A program made the translations under genes and the position numbers. A stretch of 62,912 nt of DNA, the filler included, from Rhabdomonas costata (Eukaryota): NCBI GenBank assembly GCA_019059605.1. It is 30 parts of 30 records of this genome, joined end to end, with 100 filler letters (N's around TTAATTAATTAA, not from the genome) between each part and the next. Parts side by side here need not be neighbours in the genome. Positions count along the whole stretch, not along the records: positions 48,323 to 50,323 come from JAHMHO010006562.1; positions 50,424 to 52,423 come from JAHMHO010006563.1; positions 52,524 to 54,520 come from JAHMHO010006564.1; positions 54,621 to 56,619 come from JAHMHO010006565.1; positions 56,720 to 58,715 come from JAHMHO010006566.1; positions 58,816 to 60,814 come from JAHMHO010006567.1; positions 60,915 to 62,912 come from JAHMHO010006568.1; 23 more parts are not named here. One strand, 5' to 3'. The stretch's first letter is position 1; the number at the start of each line of letters is the position of its first letter. Of this stretch, positions 49,616-62,912 are shown piece by piece. The notes beneath the pieces were generated by a model, which saw nothing but the letters and a program-made list of their open reading frames with translations, had not been told where the DNA came from and made no database searches.

Positions 49616-52600
49616 GTGTGCCGCTGGTGGGTACTGCCTTCCCTCGTCGCCGTTTTAATACGCAGGACCAACCAACCGTAGTGCCTAACATCGGGATATG
49701 TCCCAGTGCGGGGCGTGTGCGAAGCGGTCACAGCCGTCGCTGTTCTAAAGATGCAGGGCCGGTAAGATTCCGGAAGTGTGAACCCAGTCTGGATCCCGAG
49801 CGGAGTATATTTGTATTTGGCATACCTTCAGCAGTGTATCTTTTTTTAGGGGAGACGTGCATCGCCTCCTCACCCCATGCGAGACGAAATATCCTGATCT
49901 AGGGACACGTGCATCGCTTCCTAACCCCTAACCCCCTGAGAGATCAATAAAAGGACTTAGAGCCCTGAAGGGAACCGCCCATAACAGCCGCCACTCTAAG
50001 GCGCCACTTCTGGCCAGTGCACAACAGGCCAGGCTTGCCCCTGTGCACACTGGCCTTCAGCTCAGAGCCACATTTGGTGCACTTGGAAGGCGGCTCTCGG
50101 AGAACTCCATAACCCCTTAATCACTCTCGGAGCTTTGCTTCGTCACTGCAGAGCTCCAGGACATCGTAAAGTGTCAACATGAGCAATGAAAGGAGCCTTA
50201 AAAAAAGGTACACTGCTGAAGGAGTGCCACAAATTTATACCACCCAAACCAAAAGAACTGACAACATCAAACCAGCTTCTCCCTTCCTTCTCACCAGACA
50301 CGCAAGACCTGGCACCAACCCCCNNNNNNNNNNNNNNNNNNNNNNNNNNNNNNNNNNNNNNNNNNNNTTAATTAATTAANNNNNNNNNNNNNNNNNNNNN
50401 NNNNNNNNNNNNNNNNNNNNNNNTACGTCGCTTGTTTTGTCGAGGACAGCCACCGCGAAGACATGGAAAAGCACCGCGAAGGCAATCCCCGGAAGAAGAG
50501 GAAGAACGACAGGCAAAAAAGTGGCGAAAAAGAGGCGGATTTTCATCGTCCCGGGCCACTCTCCGCAACAAAACACAAAACACACACGCACACGCAAAAC
50601 AGCGCAAACCCTGCAAGAAATAACAGTCACACAACTCTTTGCACCAAATGTTCAACAGGAAAAAAAGTGGTTCAGTGGTTTTTCGCCGGAACGGCTTGAC
50701 CGGATAGAAAAGCACCACAAACACAGAAGCTTGTGACACGACGCCTCCTTTCATTTCGTGTTCTGGAGGGCGGAGAGCGAAAGACCAACGAGACGAGGAA
50801 TGGTGCCAAGTTTCCCGCATGTGCCCGCAAGCAGCAAGCACATTGGTCCACGAGTCCCGTTCGCTGAGCCAGCAATATACGCGCAGTTACCAAAGGACCG
50901 GGGGGGTGGCACGTGCAGACAACTGGCGGAAAGCCATTTGGCAAATCGGGAGCTGTTGAAGGTTTAGGTACCCCACCGAAGCTCTACATTCAGCAAACCT
51001 CAAGGATGAGCTTGCTGACAGGTCAAGTTTGGAAAACGGTTGCGGGGTCGGAGCTAGCGGCCGAGACGGGGACGTTTCAGAGGTGTGCACCGACGAGCTG
51101 TGCTTCTGCGGCTTGCGAAAAAAAGCTTTCACTCGGAACCACTACCCCTTCCCCCGCCCTCTTTCCAAGCTCAGGTAATGTGTGGAATGACCACAGCCAA
51201 AGGACCGAGCAAGTGCAAGGCGCCCAAGGAGGAACTCGATGAGCGGAATTAAGAGAACGGTTTCGGAAAAGCCATCCGGCCAATGTTGGCGTGGATGGGC
51301 TTCAGGCGGGGGGAATTCATCAAGAATGCGGGTTTAATAACGCATGCACGGTATAACATGTACAAAGCTGAGCGATTTACGCACCCACACACCCACACCT
51401 CTTTCTTGAAAAAACAAGACTACACAAAAAATGAATGTGGGAAGGCCACAGAACTTCGGGCACCACAGGTGAACCCAATCCCCCCCCCCCCTTCACGCAG
51501 GCCGCAGCAAAGACCATACGGAATCCCGCACATTGGATCACAACGAAGGCAATTATAGCACGACTTTTTTGGGGAGCGAAAATCTCAGGGGTGGGGGCGA
51601 AGCAGGCCTGGTGTTTTTTTTATGCAGAGCAGGTCTCCTGAAATGCTGCGTGAGTTTCCTGACCCTTTCAACTTCGGCGGGTTGTGGTGCCCCTTGACGG
51701 CACTGGTAAATTAGGTGCTCTTAGGCACAAGAGTTGGCTAAATAGCAAAAGGAGGGAATTGCCCTGAACATGTGGAGACTATTTTTCGGCAGGGCCATAT
51801 GTTCGACCGGAGGAAAAGCCCGCTACGAACTGCACAGGGGGATTAGCGTCTTACCCGTCTGCTCGTTGGGACAAATCATTTCGTTTTCTTCCCTGACGAC
51901 GGCTTTGGTTGTGTGTGTGTGTTTGTGCGTGTTTGGCACACTGCAAGAAAACTTTACCATACACTCTTTTTAGCAGTAACATAACAGGGCACAGAGCATG
52001 ACCGAACATATCATCCATTCATCGACGACTACGGAATCGTAGTTGGCCCCCACAGTGACCTGCGTGCATTCGAAACTCCATAAGGCAAAAAAAAAGAATG
52101 GAAGCACACCACAAGGGAACCCAGCGAAGAAATCCCATTACCGAAGGAAAATGGGACTCGATACACAAGAAAAGAAGCACATAACACGAAAAGTCTCTTA
52201 ACTGGCCCCTTTTTCTAAGCCCTTTCTACACCCATGTTCCTTTTCAACTCAACGCAATACCCAGCAAAGCTAAAAGAAGAAAAACGAAATGGGGTTGTCA
52301 TCGCAATGGTACGCTGGGCAAGCAAAGCAAAAAGCTGAGGAAGGAAGCAAGGGTGGAGGAAGATAAACAAAAAGCGATCGTTCTTGACACACACAAACCA
52401 CAACGTAACAACAAAACAAAAAANNNNNNNNNNNNNNNNNNNNNNNNNNNNNNNNNNNNNNNNNNNNTTAATTAATTAANNNNNNNNNNNNNNNNNNNNN
52501 NNNNNNNNNNNNNNNNNNNNNNNGTTGGTTGGTTGGATGTCCAAAAATTTCAGAATTCGCAATTAGAATTTATGTGAAGCAGGCCATACATTACACAAAA

Positions 52601-54925
52601 TGCAGAGGAGCAGTGATGGGTGGACACCCAACGAGGCATTGCAAAGTGCAGGAGACCAATCCACTCACCTTCAAAGTCGCGTCACTCAATCGGTAGTTCC
52701 TTGGTAGTTTTAATTGGTAGTTCCTCTTGTTTTGCTTTTCCTTTCGAAAAAAAAAGTAGTTCCTTGGGGGAAATTATGCTCAGCCCCCGCCCCCCAACGA
52801 GATTAGAACGTTTCGTTCCCACGAAAGCGGCTGAGAGGCCCAATCAAGCAGAAGCGGAGGGGAAACTGTGCCTCAAAAATCCTGAAGTCTGATGTATTCA
52901 GAGGGCCGTCAAAGCGCACAGTAAACTCGGTGGCCATTGCGCGAAACCCCCCCAAAGAAAGCAGTCCTTCTGCAGGAAAGAGTGAGATGATTCACATGGT
53001 CCGGCCCACGCATTGCGGGGACAATGGCTGTCCATATGACACCTCGTGGAGATTACCAGACCAAAACTACAATCCACACCACGACGGTTTTTAAAGTGAT
53101 GATTCCCTCTAAAGCGTCATAATTGCGGATGCAAAGTGACAAGAATTTTGATTTGCTTGGGTCGTAAATCTAAAATCTTCTATCATAAAACTGAAGTAAA
53201 ATGCAGGAGGTTTTTTTTCCGTTTGCATTTGCGCTATGCTGGAGAATTTACCGAAGCGTGCAACCCCAAATATTTCAGCCGGCGATATCGGAAGCAGGGA
53301 TTCGCAGGTGTGTGCGAAGCATATCAGGCACATTTTGACCAGTTGCGTAAATACATGGCAACAACGGAAAGGAAAGCTTGAACCCTAAGCCCGTTTGGGC
53401 TTGATGTGATATCAGGGCACCCCCTCCCTTTCCCAAAAGGCCCATCCATGTCTGTACTATACTTTTGTTATTGTACTTGCCTCGTTTCCAATGTGGCCCT
53501 TCTCAGCAATTCAGGCATCGCATAACCCCCACCCCCTCCCACCCCGAGCAGTCCTTCCGTCCGTATGCCACATGAATATCAACACAGGGTGAGCACAGGT
53601 ACAGAAGGAAAAGAGCAGTGGTGAACAAAACCCTCCCTACAAGAACACGCTGTAACCAAAGTTGGGGAGAAGACTAACGCCCCCCTATAGAAACGCCGGC
53701 ATGGCATGTACAGCAGAGGAGCGGGTTTTACTTTCGCTAAAGCATCAACAAAATAAGAAGCATTCACTAAAAAGGGCACTGAGCACCCAGACACTGCACA
53801 GGTTATGGGGGAAAGAGCTGAGAGAAAGGAAAAGGCAGCGAGGGGGTACGACAGCGGCTCTGCAGCGATGCACTTGGTTATACGGATTTCCAAAAGCCGG
53901 TAGAGGGACGTAGCTATTCTGATTGTGGAATGATTGTTCAATCATCCTGATTGTGTATGGTATACATGGATCGCGGCTTCGGGCGTTTAATGCTGAACTT
54001 CTAGAAAATCTCCACTCGACGTTCCTTGTAAAATATACTAAACTGTGGGCAACGTTCAAGGCTACTTTTTGGTGTTTTACGAGCACTGGGGGAAATTGGG
54101 TGTGGCGGCATTATGTGAATCATTATATTTGGACAAGGGGAGAAGTGAACTGTTCCAGAGCAGTTTATGTCTAAGGGTGACAGGAGAATTCAAAACAGCA
54201 ATAAATTTTCACTTCGTGTTAAGACGTTTAACAGTGTATGTAGGGATAATCAGTACGCAAGCTTTCGCTGCAGAAAAGGCTGAAAAGAGAGGAGCACACA
54301 AAAAGACAGATGGATGAAGACAAAGATCCGCTGCTCGCAAGTGGCAACGCAGGAAAGGGCACAACGAATAGCAAAGGGGACGGACTCCGTGAGCGACCTT
54401 GCGGACACTCACGAGAGAAGTAAAACTGAGCTTTACAAGACCCTCCCGCCGTTCCACACCAAAAGAGCGCAGTCTGCACCAGCACTATGGCATTACTACT
54501 TCCCACACGCCGTAGGATTGNNNNNNNNNNNNNNNNNNNNNNNNNNNNNNNNNNNNNNNNNNNNTTAATTAATTAANNNNNNNNNNNNNNNNNNNNNNNN
54601 NNNNNNNNNNNNNNNNNNNNTGTGGGTTTTCATAAGGAACCTGGGTTACAAACTCTTACAAGCCTTTTACGATTGCAAAGCCGCGGTCAGGATATGTAAA
54701 CCACACAACCGTACGTAAACCCCTGTAAACCCCTAACAAAGCGTTAATTGAAATGCTAGCGCACTAAACCACCGAAGCAATGTGCCCAGATGCAAATAGA
54801 GGTGATTGTGCGTGTGCGGTGAAGGCAGGTGTGTGGTGCCAAAGAAGTCAGCAAGCAGACTCAAAGTAGCAGGCGGACTGCCCCGCAGCTCCGGGAGAGA
54901 GGAAAGGGGAAAGGGGGGTGAAGGT

Positions 54926-56027
54926 GAAGCCACCCTGAGCTGCAGCTTGAGCTGTGAGAGTACTGTGCTCCGGCGCAGGTGTTGCAGCACCAGCCGTACC
55001 CTGTCGTTCAGGGTGCAGCCTGCGGGGTAACACGGCGGCGGGGCCTGGGCTCCGGGCTCGCCCTCCTCGCAGCAGCACCGCTCAAGCTCTGCCGTGTCTC
55101 CGGACAGAAGTTCCGGAGCCATCCACTCCCGATGCATTCCTCCACCAAAAATAACAAGAGCGCTGGTGAGTGAAAAAAAAAAGAAAACAGTGAAATAAAA
55201 CCGAGCCAGAATCAACAAACTCGGGCATAGATAGTATATTCTTGTTGCGTCGCCACGAGAGTGCCCAGAGGTAGTAGGTGCTTGGTAAGCTGAAAAGACC
55301 GAAGTCAAAGAAAAATCGGCCGACGCTGTCAAGGGGCTGAGTCGTGTAGTGCCACACAACAGCAAGTCAGCGAGTGATTGGCCTGGAAATAGTGGTTTTG
55401 TATCCAAAAATGGGGTAGGAAAAAGAGCAAACAGATCGGGTCCGTGCGACGACAACACTGCACGTCCGCAGCAAAGGGCGGGTAAATATGGAAATATGTG
55501 TGGATATGCTAGGGACTTCCAGCCCTCGCTGACCCCCTGGACTTGTTTCAGGGCGTCTTGCAAAATGAAAGACTTTGCAACAGAGGGCACCCCAGAAGGA
55601 ACCAAGACCGCAAGGTGCGTTTCAGAAGGTAGAGTGGCATGGCCCTGACCTTGAAACAATGACACTGCGGCGTGAAACCAAAACCCAGGTGAGCGTGCAT
55701 GAGAGTAATAAGTGGCCTACCCGGAAAAGGATCGACCACCATCTGTTTTCCCTCATTTGGTTCGATCTCTTGTTTTTCATCCCGAGGTGAGGAAAAAATT
55801 GCTTTCTTCCTCCGTCTCTCAGCATCGCCACAGCCCCCCTTTATCGGTGTATCAGTTTTACGGAGATAGGGAAACCCGAAAAGGGCGCGGTCGCCAACGC
55901 ACGAGCTGCACAGCCACTTTTTCCCCTTGAAGAGTGCGGTGTCGGCACACCCGCAGGAAGCGCCACGGAGCATGCCAGACAAACCGTAGTCCAAAAGTTG
56001 ATAGTGAAATAACTGGTGACCAATCAT
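54926..56027 (-). CDS. Exons of an unknown protein
   Basis: GC-rich exon-like blocks (HREWMAPELL...DRVRLVLQHLRRSTVLSQLKLQLR|gt; GQGHATLPSETHLAVLVP). No family recognised. Confidence 0.35.
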
Positions 56028-57507
56028 TCGCCAAAAATCACTTGAGCAGCACTCAACATCTCACATGAAATCACACACAAATAGAGCCACACTAACAAGC
56101 ACGAAAACACAATAAACCACAAAACATGCACTCGTTTTGAGCTCTCTGGGCATGCATGAGCTTAAGAGAGTGGGGCGGACGGAGTGAGCATGCACAAACA
56201 GAACGAACCAGTCGACATCATTCACATCGAAAGAGAAGACATTAGACGAGCCATGAGCTAGAAACGAATAATTCTAACTGCCCCCCCCTCCAACTACCTT
56301 ACATTCCAATCTTGTGCCAAATCGCGCGGAAGGTGCGGTAGTCAAAAGTCTCGGACAGCACGGCACCATGCTCGGTACTCCGCTGCTGCCCAGAAGCGCT
56401 CCGAATCTTAAACAAATACACACAAAATGTGTGCGGAGGAACACCAGCCGCAGATCAAGACAAAATCATCCAGTCCTGGCCGTCCCCCACCTTCCAAATT
56501 GCTCTGTCGGCAAAATCCCGGGTGCACTTTCACCACCGGCCCAGAGCAGGAAGCGATCAGCGGCTCACAGAACCAACAGGAAAGCAACGCATCTGCTTAA
56601 AGCGTTCACACCCCTTCTTNNNNNNNNNNNNNNNNNNNNNNNNNNNNNNNNNNNNNNNNNNNNTTAATTAATTAANNNNNNNNNNNNNNNNNNNNNNNNN
56701 NNNNNNNNNNNNNNNNNNNTTTTTGTTGGTATGCGCTCTTCTTTTTCACAGTTTTCTTGTGTGTGAACTACCGGAATGGCTGCTATTGTGAGAAGTGTGA
56801 CTTCTTTTTCGGTGGGTACTTCCAGGGGCACCGGGGAATCGCAAATCGGCCTGCGTCTTTAACTCCAAATGTCCCGTATTTGCGTAGTTTCTGACGTGCA
56901 CAAGTCACCGGATGCAACCGTGATTGGTAGAGGCCGTGGGGTCGTGTCATCTTTGAGGTAGATTTCCATGGCTGTGGGCACGTGTTGAAGGAAAAGGCGA
57001 CAAGTGGCGCAACGGCACAGTATCTGAGGCTCCACCTACGGCGTTCAATTTGGTGATGGCCTTGGCGATTGTCTCGTGGGGGACGGATTGTCCGGCAGAA
57101 GATAAGGGGCTCGGTGTTGCCGCAGCTTGGCTCAGAAGAAATCCAATCCAATGGGAACTGGTCAGATGGCCTCTGCGGCCATGGGACCGTGCGCCGTTCG
57201 AAAGAGTTTTCTCAGGAAAGAGGTTGTGGAGGTGGGCTAGCGCCCAAGGTGTTTGGATTTTTGTTTACGTTCGGGGGGTTTGGGTGGAATCAGGTTCAGT
57301 TGAGGGTAGCGTTGTGTGTCTCTGGCATCGAGCAATCACACTGCCCTACACCAAACCTGTGATCTTCCCTCCGCCCGACCTTGAGAGGGGATGGTGGGTA
57401 GCCATAGCGCAACTCCGTGGCGAATCCATGGCGAATCGCAGAACTGACTTGTGCTATGGATGCCGTGGATGAGGTTGTCAGGCACGTATTTTCGTCATCT
57501 TCGTGCT

Positions 57508-57578
57508 TCGCCAAGCTCACCTACTTAAAATTGTGCTGTAACGAGATCAGGGATGATGGAATGGAAGCGTTCGCTGCA
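57508..57578 (+). CDS. Single RI-type LRR fragment adjoining the LINE
   Basis: KLTYLKLCCNEIRDDGMEAFA fits LxxLxLxxNxIxxxGxxxLA. Confidence 0.5.
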
Positions 57579-57579
57579 C

Positions 57580-58715
57580 CCTCGTTCTTCCCCAAGGAGG
57601 CTGTCTCGGCCCTCACAGCGACTATCTGGACTGTCGACTCAGCCCTTGTCACAGTCCAGCCCGCCCGGCCCCGGCGGACCACCCCACCGCGTGGACCCGC
57701 ACACCTCCCAAGCCGATGCCAGCGCCAATGGGTCCTCCGGCGCCTAGACCCTCCCCGACCGAGTTCCCTGCCCTTCCCACATCAGCGGGGGAGCGTTGAG
57801 GAGTCCCTGACAAGCGAGCGGCAGAAGCTGCAGGACGAGCGCGCGCTCCAGCGCAAAAAGAGCCTTCGCGAAGGAACGCAAAGCCCAGCATTCTTCTCTA
57901 GTCCCTCAACAGCACCCCCATTCTGAGTCCCCGACCTCGGCGGCGCGAGTCACGCCCGCAGCCCTCCCTATTCCGACTTCTTCCCCGGTGACTCTTCTGC
58001 CTCCCCGGTGGGCTGCCGAACGCGCGGAACTGCTCCAGAGGATTGCGGCGCTGGAGGCGCAAGTGGCCACCCTGGGCTCCTCCTCCGCCAAAGCCAAGCG
58101 TCCCCACGCTCCCTCCGCGACCTGCACTCCCTCGAAACCCGGCAGGAAGAAGCAGGCCCAGGAGGCCGCAGATGACTCCGGACAGGAAGCAGAGATGTCC
58201 GAGCCGAGACCCCCCTCCCCGAACCCGGCGCCTTCTCAAGGAGGTCGCTCCGTCAGGCGAGACTCCATGGACGATGACGACTCCTAGTCGTCATCGACGG
58301 GGTGGGCCCCCCGGCTCCGCGGCGGGGCGTCTGGACGTGGTGTCGGCCAACGTCACCTCGCTGAACTCCCAGTTCGAGGCGGTGGTGGACTTCCCGGGGT
58401 CCGTGCTGCTGCTCCAGGAGACCCGGCTTGGGGAGGTGGGGCAGCGCTCCATGGTGGCCCGCCTTCGGGAACGCGGATGGCAAGCTGCCTGGGGGAAGGC
58501 GCAGCCGCTGCTGGAGGGCTCCCGCAACACCTCTGCTTGGTGCGTGACTGCTGGTGGAGTAGCCGTTCTTGCACGCCAAGGGCTTCCACTACGCCTTGTT
58601 CCTCCGCACGGCGACTTGGAGCGGCAGCTCTGGGATACGGGTCGGTGGTGCCATGCCACTGTCCCCCACGGTTCTGGGCGCCGCCTGCTCCACCTCATGA
58701 GCGTGTACGGCTACG
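57580..58715 (+). mobile_element. Non-LTR retrotransposon (LINE): disrupted ORF1 tail and ORF2 APE endonuclease (from ATG 58274)
   Basis: ORF2 LDVVSANVTSL...VLLLQETRL...GGVAVLAR...GRW...HLMSVYG are APE motifs. Upstream lies a Pro-rich/coiled-coil ORF (AELLQRIAALEAQV) ending at 58287. Intronless and GC-rich. Confidence 0.85.
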
Positions 58716-60919
58716 NNNNNNNNNNNNNNNNNNNNNNNNNNNNNNNNNNNNNNNNNNNNTTAATTAATTAANNNNNNNNNNNNNNNNNNNNNNNNNNNNN
58801 NNNNNNNNNNNNNNNTTGTTGGGTGGGTTTGGTGTTGTGCGTAGGTGTGGTAGCAGCAAGGTGGTAGTATTCATAGCTTCCGAAAATAAACAATCTACCC
58901 CACCTCCTGCTCACCCTCCGATAAACAAAGAAGGAGGAGGAGGCAAATGTCGACGAATGGACAATCCACAAGCGATAGGGAAGGATGCAGGAGCACAGCC
59001 CGAGAGTTAGAGAGAGAGAGAGACAGAGAGAGTCCCGCCCATGGACAGAATCCGCTATCGGGCTCGCAGGGACCAGGCGGGGGTTGTGATGCGAGGGACA
59101 AGGTATGTGTAGCGAAGGAGGGAGAGGGACGGGGGAAAGGAGTGATTGAGTCAGCCACCGGCCGCAGCTGTTGGCGCATCAGCGGTTATCCCCTCGTCAA
59201 TGGGAGGGTACACACACATTGTTCGGGCAGACTTGGAATCCCCACACCACGCAAACTTACCTGAGCACAAGCAGCACAGCGAACAAGCAGATGCCGTGAG
59301 GCGTGGACACAGGACCCCCCGCGAACCGGCGAAGGGGAGGAGGTGATGGCCGGGAGAATTCAAAATGAGGGAGGGTATCAACGCAGATATAAAGCAAGGA
59401 GACACATCGTCAGAGCAAACTTATTGAGCAATGGGGGGCGGGGGTGGCAGTTAGCGCTTGGATGCAGGATGACGGAGCGGTGGAGAGGTGAGGAGAGGCC
59501 CCCTGCCACGGGAGGCCCACAGTGACACTCTATGGCACCAAATCACCACCCACACTGTCCCAGCTATCCTCTCACAGAGAGGTGGGGTCCCCCGGGGAGG
59601 TCCGTTCCGGGGAGTAAGGGAGGGCCGAGCTGGGAGACACGCACGACGACGAGCCCGCCACAAGCGAGTAAGCAGCCGAGGAGGAGCTGTGGGCTCTGCC
59701 GCAAAAATACCCACATGCTTTTTCAAAACCGGCAAAATGCAGCAAAAAGAATGGGGGGCGAGGCAAACTATCAAGAGATGGAAAGGTACCGACCCATGAA
59801 ATATCATGCCCCGCCACATCGCCATCATATACTATCGCAGCACTACTCAGAACTCATCTGTCTGCACTTGCAGTTTTGGATTAGTGCCCGACTTTTCTCC
59901 ACTGACGACGGCTTTTTCTGTGCTTCTGGCATACTGCGTCAGGGAAAGAAATCATAACAACACATCAAAGGATGGAATTTCTAATTTCTTCTTTGACTTA
60001 GGGACAGAAAGATGGAATAGCTAGGGAATGCTTCCACAAAAATACATGGTCCATCAAAAGAATCACTTGCATCTCAATCCTCAACAAAAAGCTGCCTTCC
60101 AAACCCTGGCCAAGGTACAACCTTTGACTTCGTGAAGTTAACCCCATTATGACGGGAGTAGCGTTGAAATGAATGGGGGAAAGGGCCACACAAAGGGTCC
60201 ACAGCATTGCAGTAGGCCCCTACCCAAGTTTCCTGGGCTGTCCGGGGAAAAAGTTGTTTGACAAAAACAATGTCACCTCAATGACAACTGGATGCAAAAA
60301 CTTGTTTGACTGCTTTCATGAAAAAGGCCAATTCAAGACATTGGAAGATAAAACAAGCGATGTAGCATATATAGCATAGCTGTTCCAAATGCAGAGCCCG
60401 TTGCATTCAGTCAGTTTGGGGCCGAAAGCTGTGCAGAGCGGTGTAAAGAGCATCAACTTGTCCCCACCGGAAGAGCCATCAAGGGCATACCTTACAGCCG
60501 AGGATGAAAAGACCGGCCCATGTGGCTTTAAGGAAGGCCTTCTGTATGCTTTTCGCTTTGTGTGCTTTTCCCTCGTCCCTGGTCCCTTAAAGGCCCACCG
60601 CAGCCTTCAACCCCCCCAAAAACCTGACCTTGAATGTTTAATCCCCAGAAACACCGCATTGGAAAAAGGCTTATCTTCATTACCTTATGGAATTGATACT
60701 GGGTTGCGTAACACACAGGGACCCGGAAGCCATACTTCCTCTTCGAAGACACCCCCTTGGCCTTCAACCAGCCCTGGAACTCTTCCAGGGCGCCCTTCTG
60801 AGGCTCTAGGAAGGNNNNNNNNNNNNNNNNNNNNNNNNNNNNNNNNNNNNNNNNNNNNTTAATTAATTAANNNNNNNNNNNNNNNNNNNNNNNNNNNNNN
60901 NNNNNNNNNNNNNNGGGTG

Positions 60920-62912
60920 TGGGTTGCCTGGGCTCAGCGGGAGGGGCCCCAGGCTGGCAACAAGCGCGGCGGCCGCGGCGGCGGCCTGCTGCTGCTTGCG
61001 CTTAGCGTTGAGCTCCTTTGCGCGGGCCAGGGACTCCTCCAGCATCCTCACCTTGTACATCTTGGCTTGGGTGTTGGTCAGCGCTGCGAGCAACGGCAAG
61101 TCGAATAGTGAGCATTCGGGGGTAGTGAAGGGGGTAGTGAAAGAAACAACGACAAGGACTCGTGTCAACGTAAACACCGAAACAAAACAGAAACTTCAGG
61201 TGGAGATGAGCCAATAAGGACCGAGGTTATCAGAAAACAGCAGCCAACCAGCACACGCATGCACACACCCATACACACAACAATTACATCGAGCATCGAA
61301 CATCAGAATCAAAGGGGCGCGCCAAAACTCGCGAGTATCGCGAGTACTGAGTATATGAATGCAACTGCCAAATTATGTCCTTTGTGTTTTCAATTCGTCT
61401 GCACAGAGAGAGAGAGATGCAAAAACTTTTCTTCGCAGTCTCGGACTTCCCGGGGTCCCGGTCCTTCTTGCGCAGCAAGGACTTGTAGAACGTCATTTCG
61501 TCCTGCTCCAGCCACTGCCGCGCTTCCTCACTGATCTGCTCGTGCTGCTGCTCCACCGAGGCTTGCCTCTGCAAACATTCACCCCATTCTTTTTTTACCA
61601 ATGCCACGCCCAAGTCAACCAGAACAGAAGTCTGCTCCAAAGGACGGGAGGGGAATGGACCAGGAAGGGGTAAGCCCCCCCCTCCAACTCGCCACACCGA
61701 AATTCAGCATGAGGGAGCATTCAACATAAGGTTTGCAAAGAATCATAAAAGTGTTCCGGGGCACAGAAATAAATGAGATATTAAAAGAAACGGTGAGTGA
61801 GAGTGTGAGAGAGAGGGAGAGAGAGATCGACAAAGTACACGGTTGTGGGGAGGAAAACCAGAACACAGACTGGCTGCCACAGCGTCGGTGCATATACGAG
61901 GCTGTAACTCTGCCGGATACAATTGAAAAGCGCGCTGGGCGAGGTCTCCTCGCACAACAACAGACGATGCTAAGGGAAAGGGAGAGTGTGGGGTAGAACA
62001 GCGGGCACGCTGCAGGACGTTTCGACACGAGACCTGCGCGCGAGCATGCTCCACAGCGATGAGCCGAGCTCGGTCAGCGGAGGTGGGGCGTATCCCCTCC
62101 GATTCCAGCAGCCGTTCCATGTGCTCCCATATCCTGAAAACCAGTACACACACATACACAGACACACGTACATGAACAAGCCTGCCTTTTTGTTTGTGTG
62201 GGGACAAAAACAACCATCTCAATAGGTAATTTCCAAAACAGAACCAAGGAAAAACACCGATCGATTTCGGGGTTGTGCAGTAAAACATGGAAGACAAACT
62301 TGTTCTTGCGGTTCTCGATGTGAGCGGCGATGTCCACCATTGCCTTCTTCTCGTTAAAGTCCAGGCTGCAGTGGGGCTCAAACCCCAGCTTGGCAAACAT
62401 GCAATATATCTGAGAGAAGAGACGAATAAGAGAAGAGAGATGAAAAAAATTAGATGATCAACTCTAACAATGCTGTGAGCACTGAAACCAGGACACACCA
62501 ACCAAACAACATGTTGGCTGTGACATCATTAGCTCGGAAAATCATAGGGGAAGAAATCGTGCAAGGAAGCGTTACTTTGGATCGTGGGCTGGCGTGTAGG
62601 TCTTTAAGGAGCCTGTTTTGGAGAATTAATCAGAAGATTAATATAAAAAAGTCAACCCAAACGAGTATCATTCATTAACACTGCATTGCAAAAGCGGAGG
62701 ATATGCTTTCTGACCAGAAGACTACCGTGTAAATGGCAAATCCAAAAATACCCCTGAAGCAGGGGCACACTGTCAGAGATTCTCCCCAAAGCTCGACTGA
62801 TGAAGCAAAGCGAACCACCCCCCTACCACTTCCCGAAGGCCCGCGCTGTTTCTCACCTTGGTGCGGAAGTCCGTGCTTTGGACGACGGCCTGGATCGCCG
62901 CGCTGCCCAGCG
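60920..62912 (-). CDS. Multi-exon unknown coiled-coil protein
   Basis: Exon-like blocks: LGSAAIQAVVQSTDFRTK|gtgag; IYCMFAKLGFEPHC...LLHNPEID; IWEHMERLLESEG; QQHEQISEEARQWLEQDE; QAKMYKVRMLEESLARAKE. Confidence 0.55.

Noticed and set aside
49920-49935. Telomere-like ctaacccc repeats
   Set aside because: Only two internal units.
50424-54520. Short ORFs in two contigs (for example 53136-53381)
   Set aside because: No family motif or consistent exon chain.
2003-60914. Regular ~2.1-kb recurrence of TTAATTAATTAA, resembling a repeat-spacer array
   Set aside because: It is embedded in N runs and is an artificial concatenation linker. Gene neighbourhoods across linkers are meaningless, and ORFs ending in X..LIN are artefacts.
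1-62912. tRNA, rRNA, spliced-leader RNA, CRISPR arrays or prokaryotic operons
   Set aside because: None recognised by eye. Most listed short ORFs are antisense or intronic shadows.

Overview
This is not a continuous locus. It is 30 unrelated contigs of about 2 kb joined by 29 artificial 100-nt spacers (N44-TTAATTAATTAA-N44). The DNA comes from an intron-rich flagellate eukaryote: GC-rich exons, GT-AG introns with loose donors, (CA)n microsatellites, an axonemal dynein and a kinetoplastid-style coronin. This tentatively points to a euglenozoan, probably a euglenid. Gene fragments I could splice by hand: GH3 beta-glucosidase, a glycosyltransferase-like protein, a response-regulator receiver, an SGNH/PC-esterase-like plus filamin protein, TEP1-like TROVE, a DNAH10-like dynein, a chagasin(I42)-papain(C1A) fusion, a BK/Slo-like K+ channel, TDP1, a dual-specificity phosphatase lacking its catalytic Arg, coronin, tricorn protease and an LRR protein. 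There is also a LINE and several small repeats. The best leads are the secreted inhibitor-protease fusion, the intron-containing tricorn protease, the DSP pseudophosphatase and a dispersed 74-bp hairpin element. All protein calls come from motif recognition, not database searches, and nothing can be inferred across spacers.
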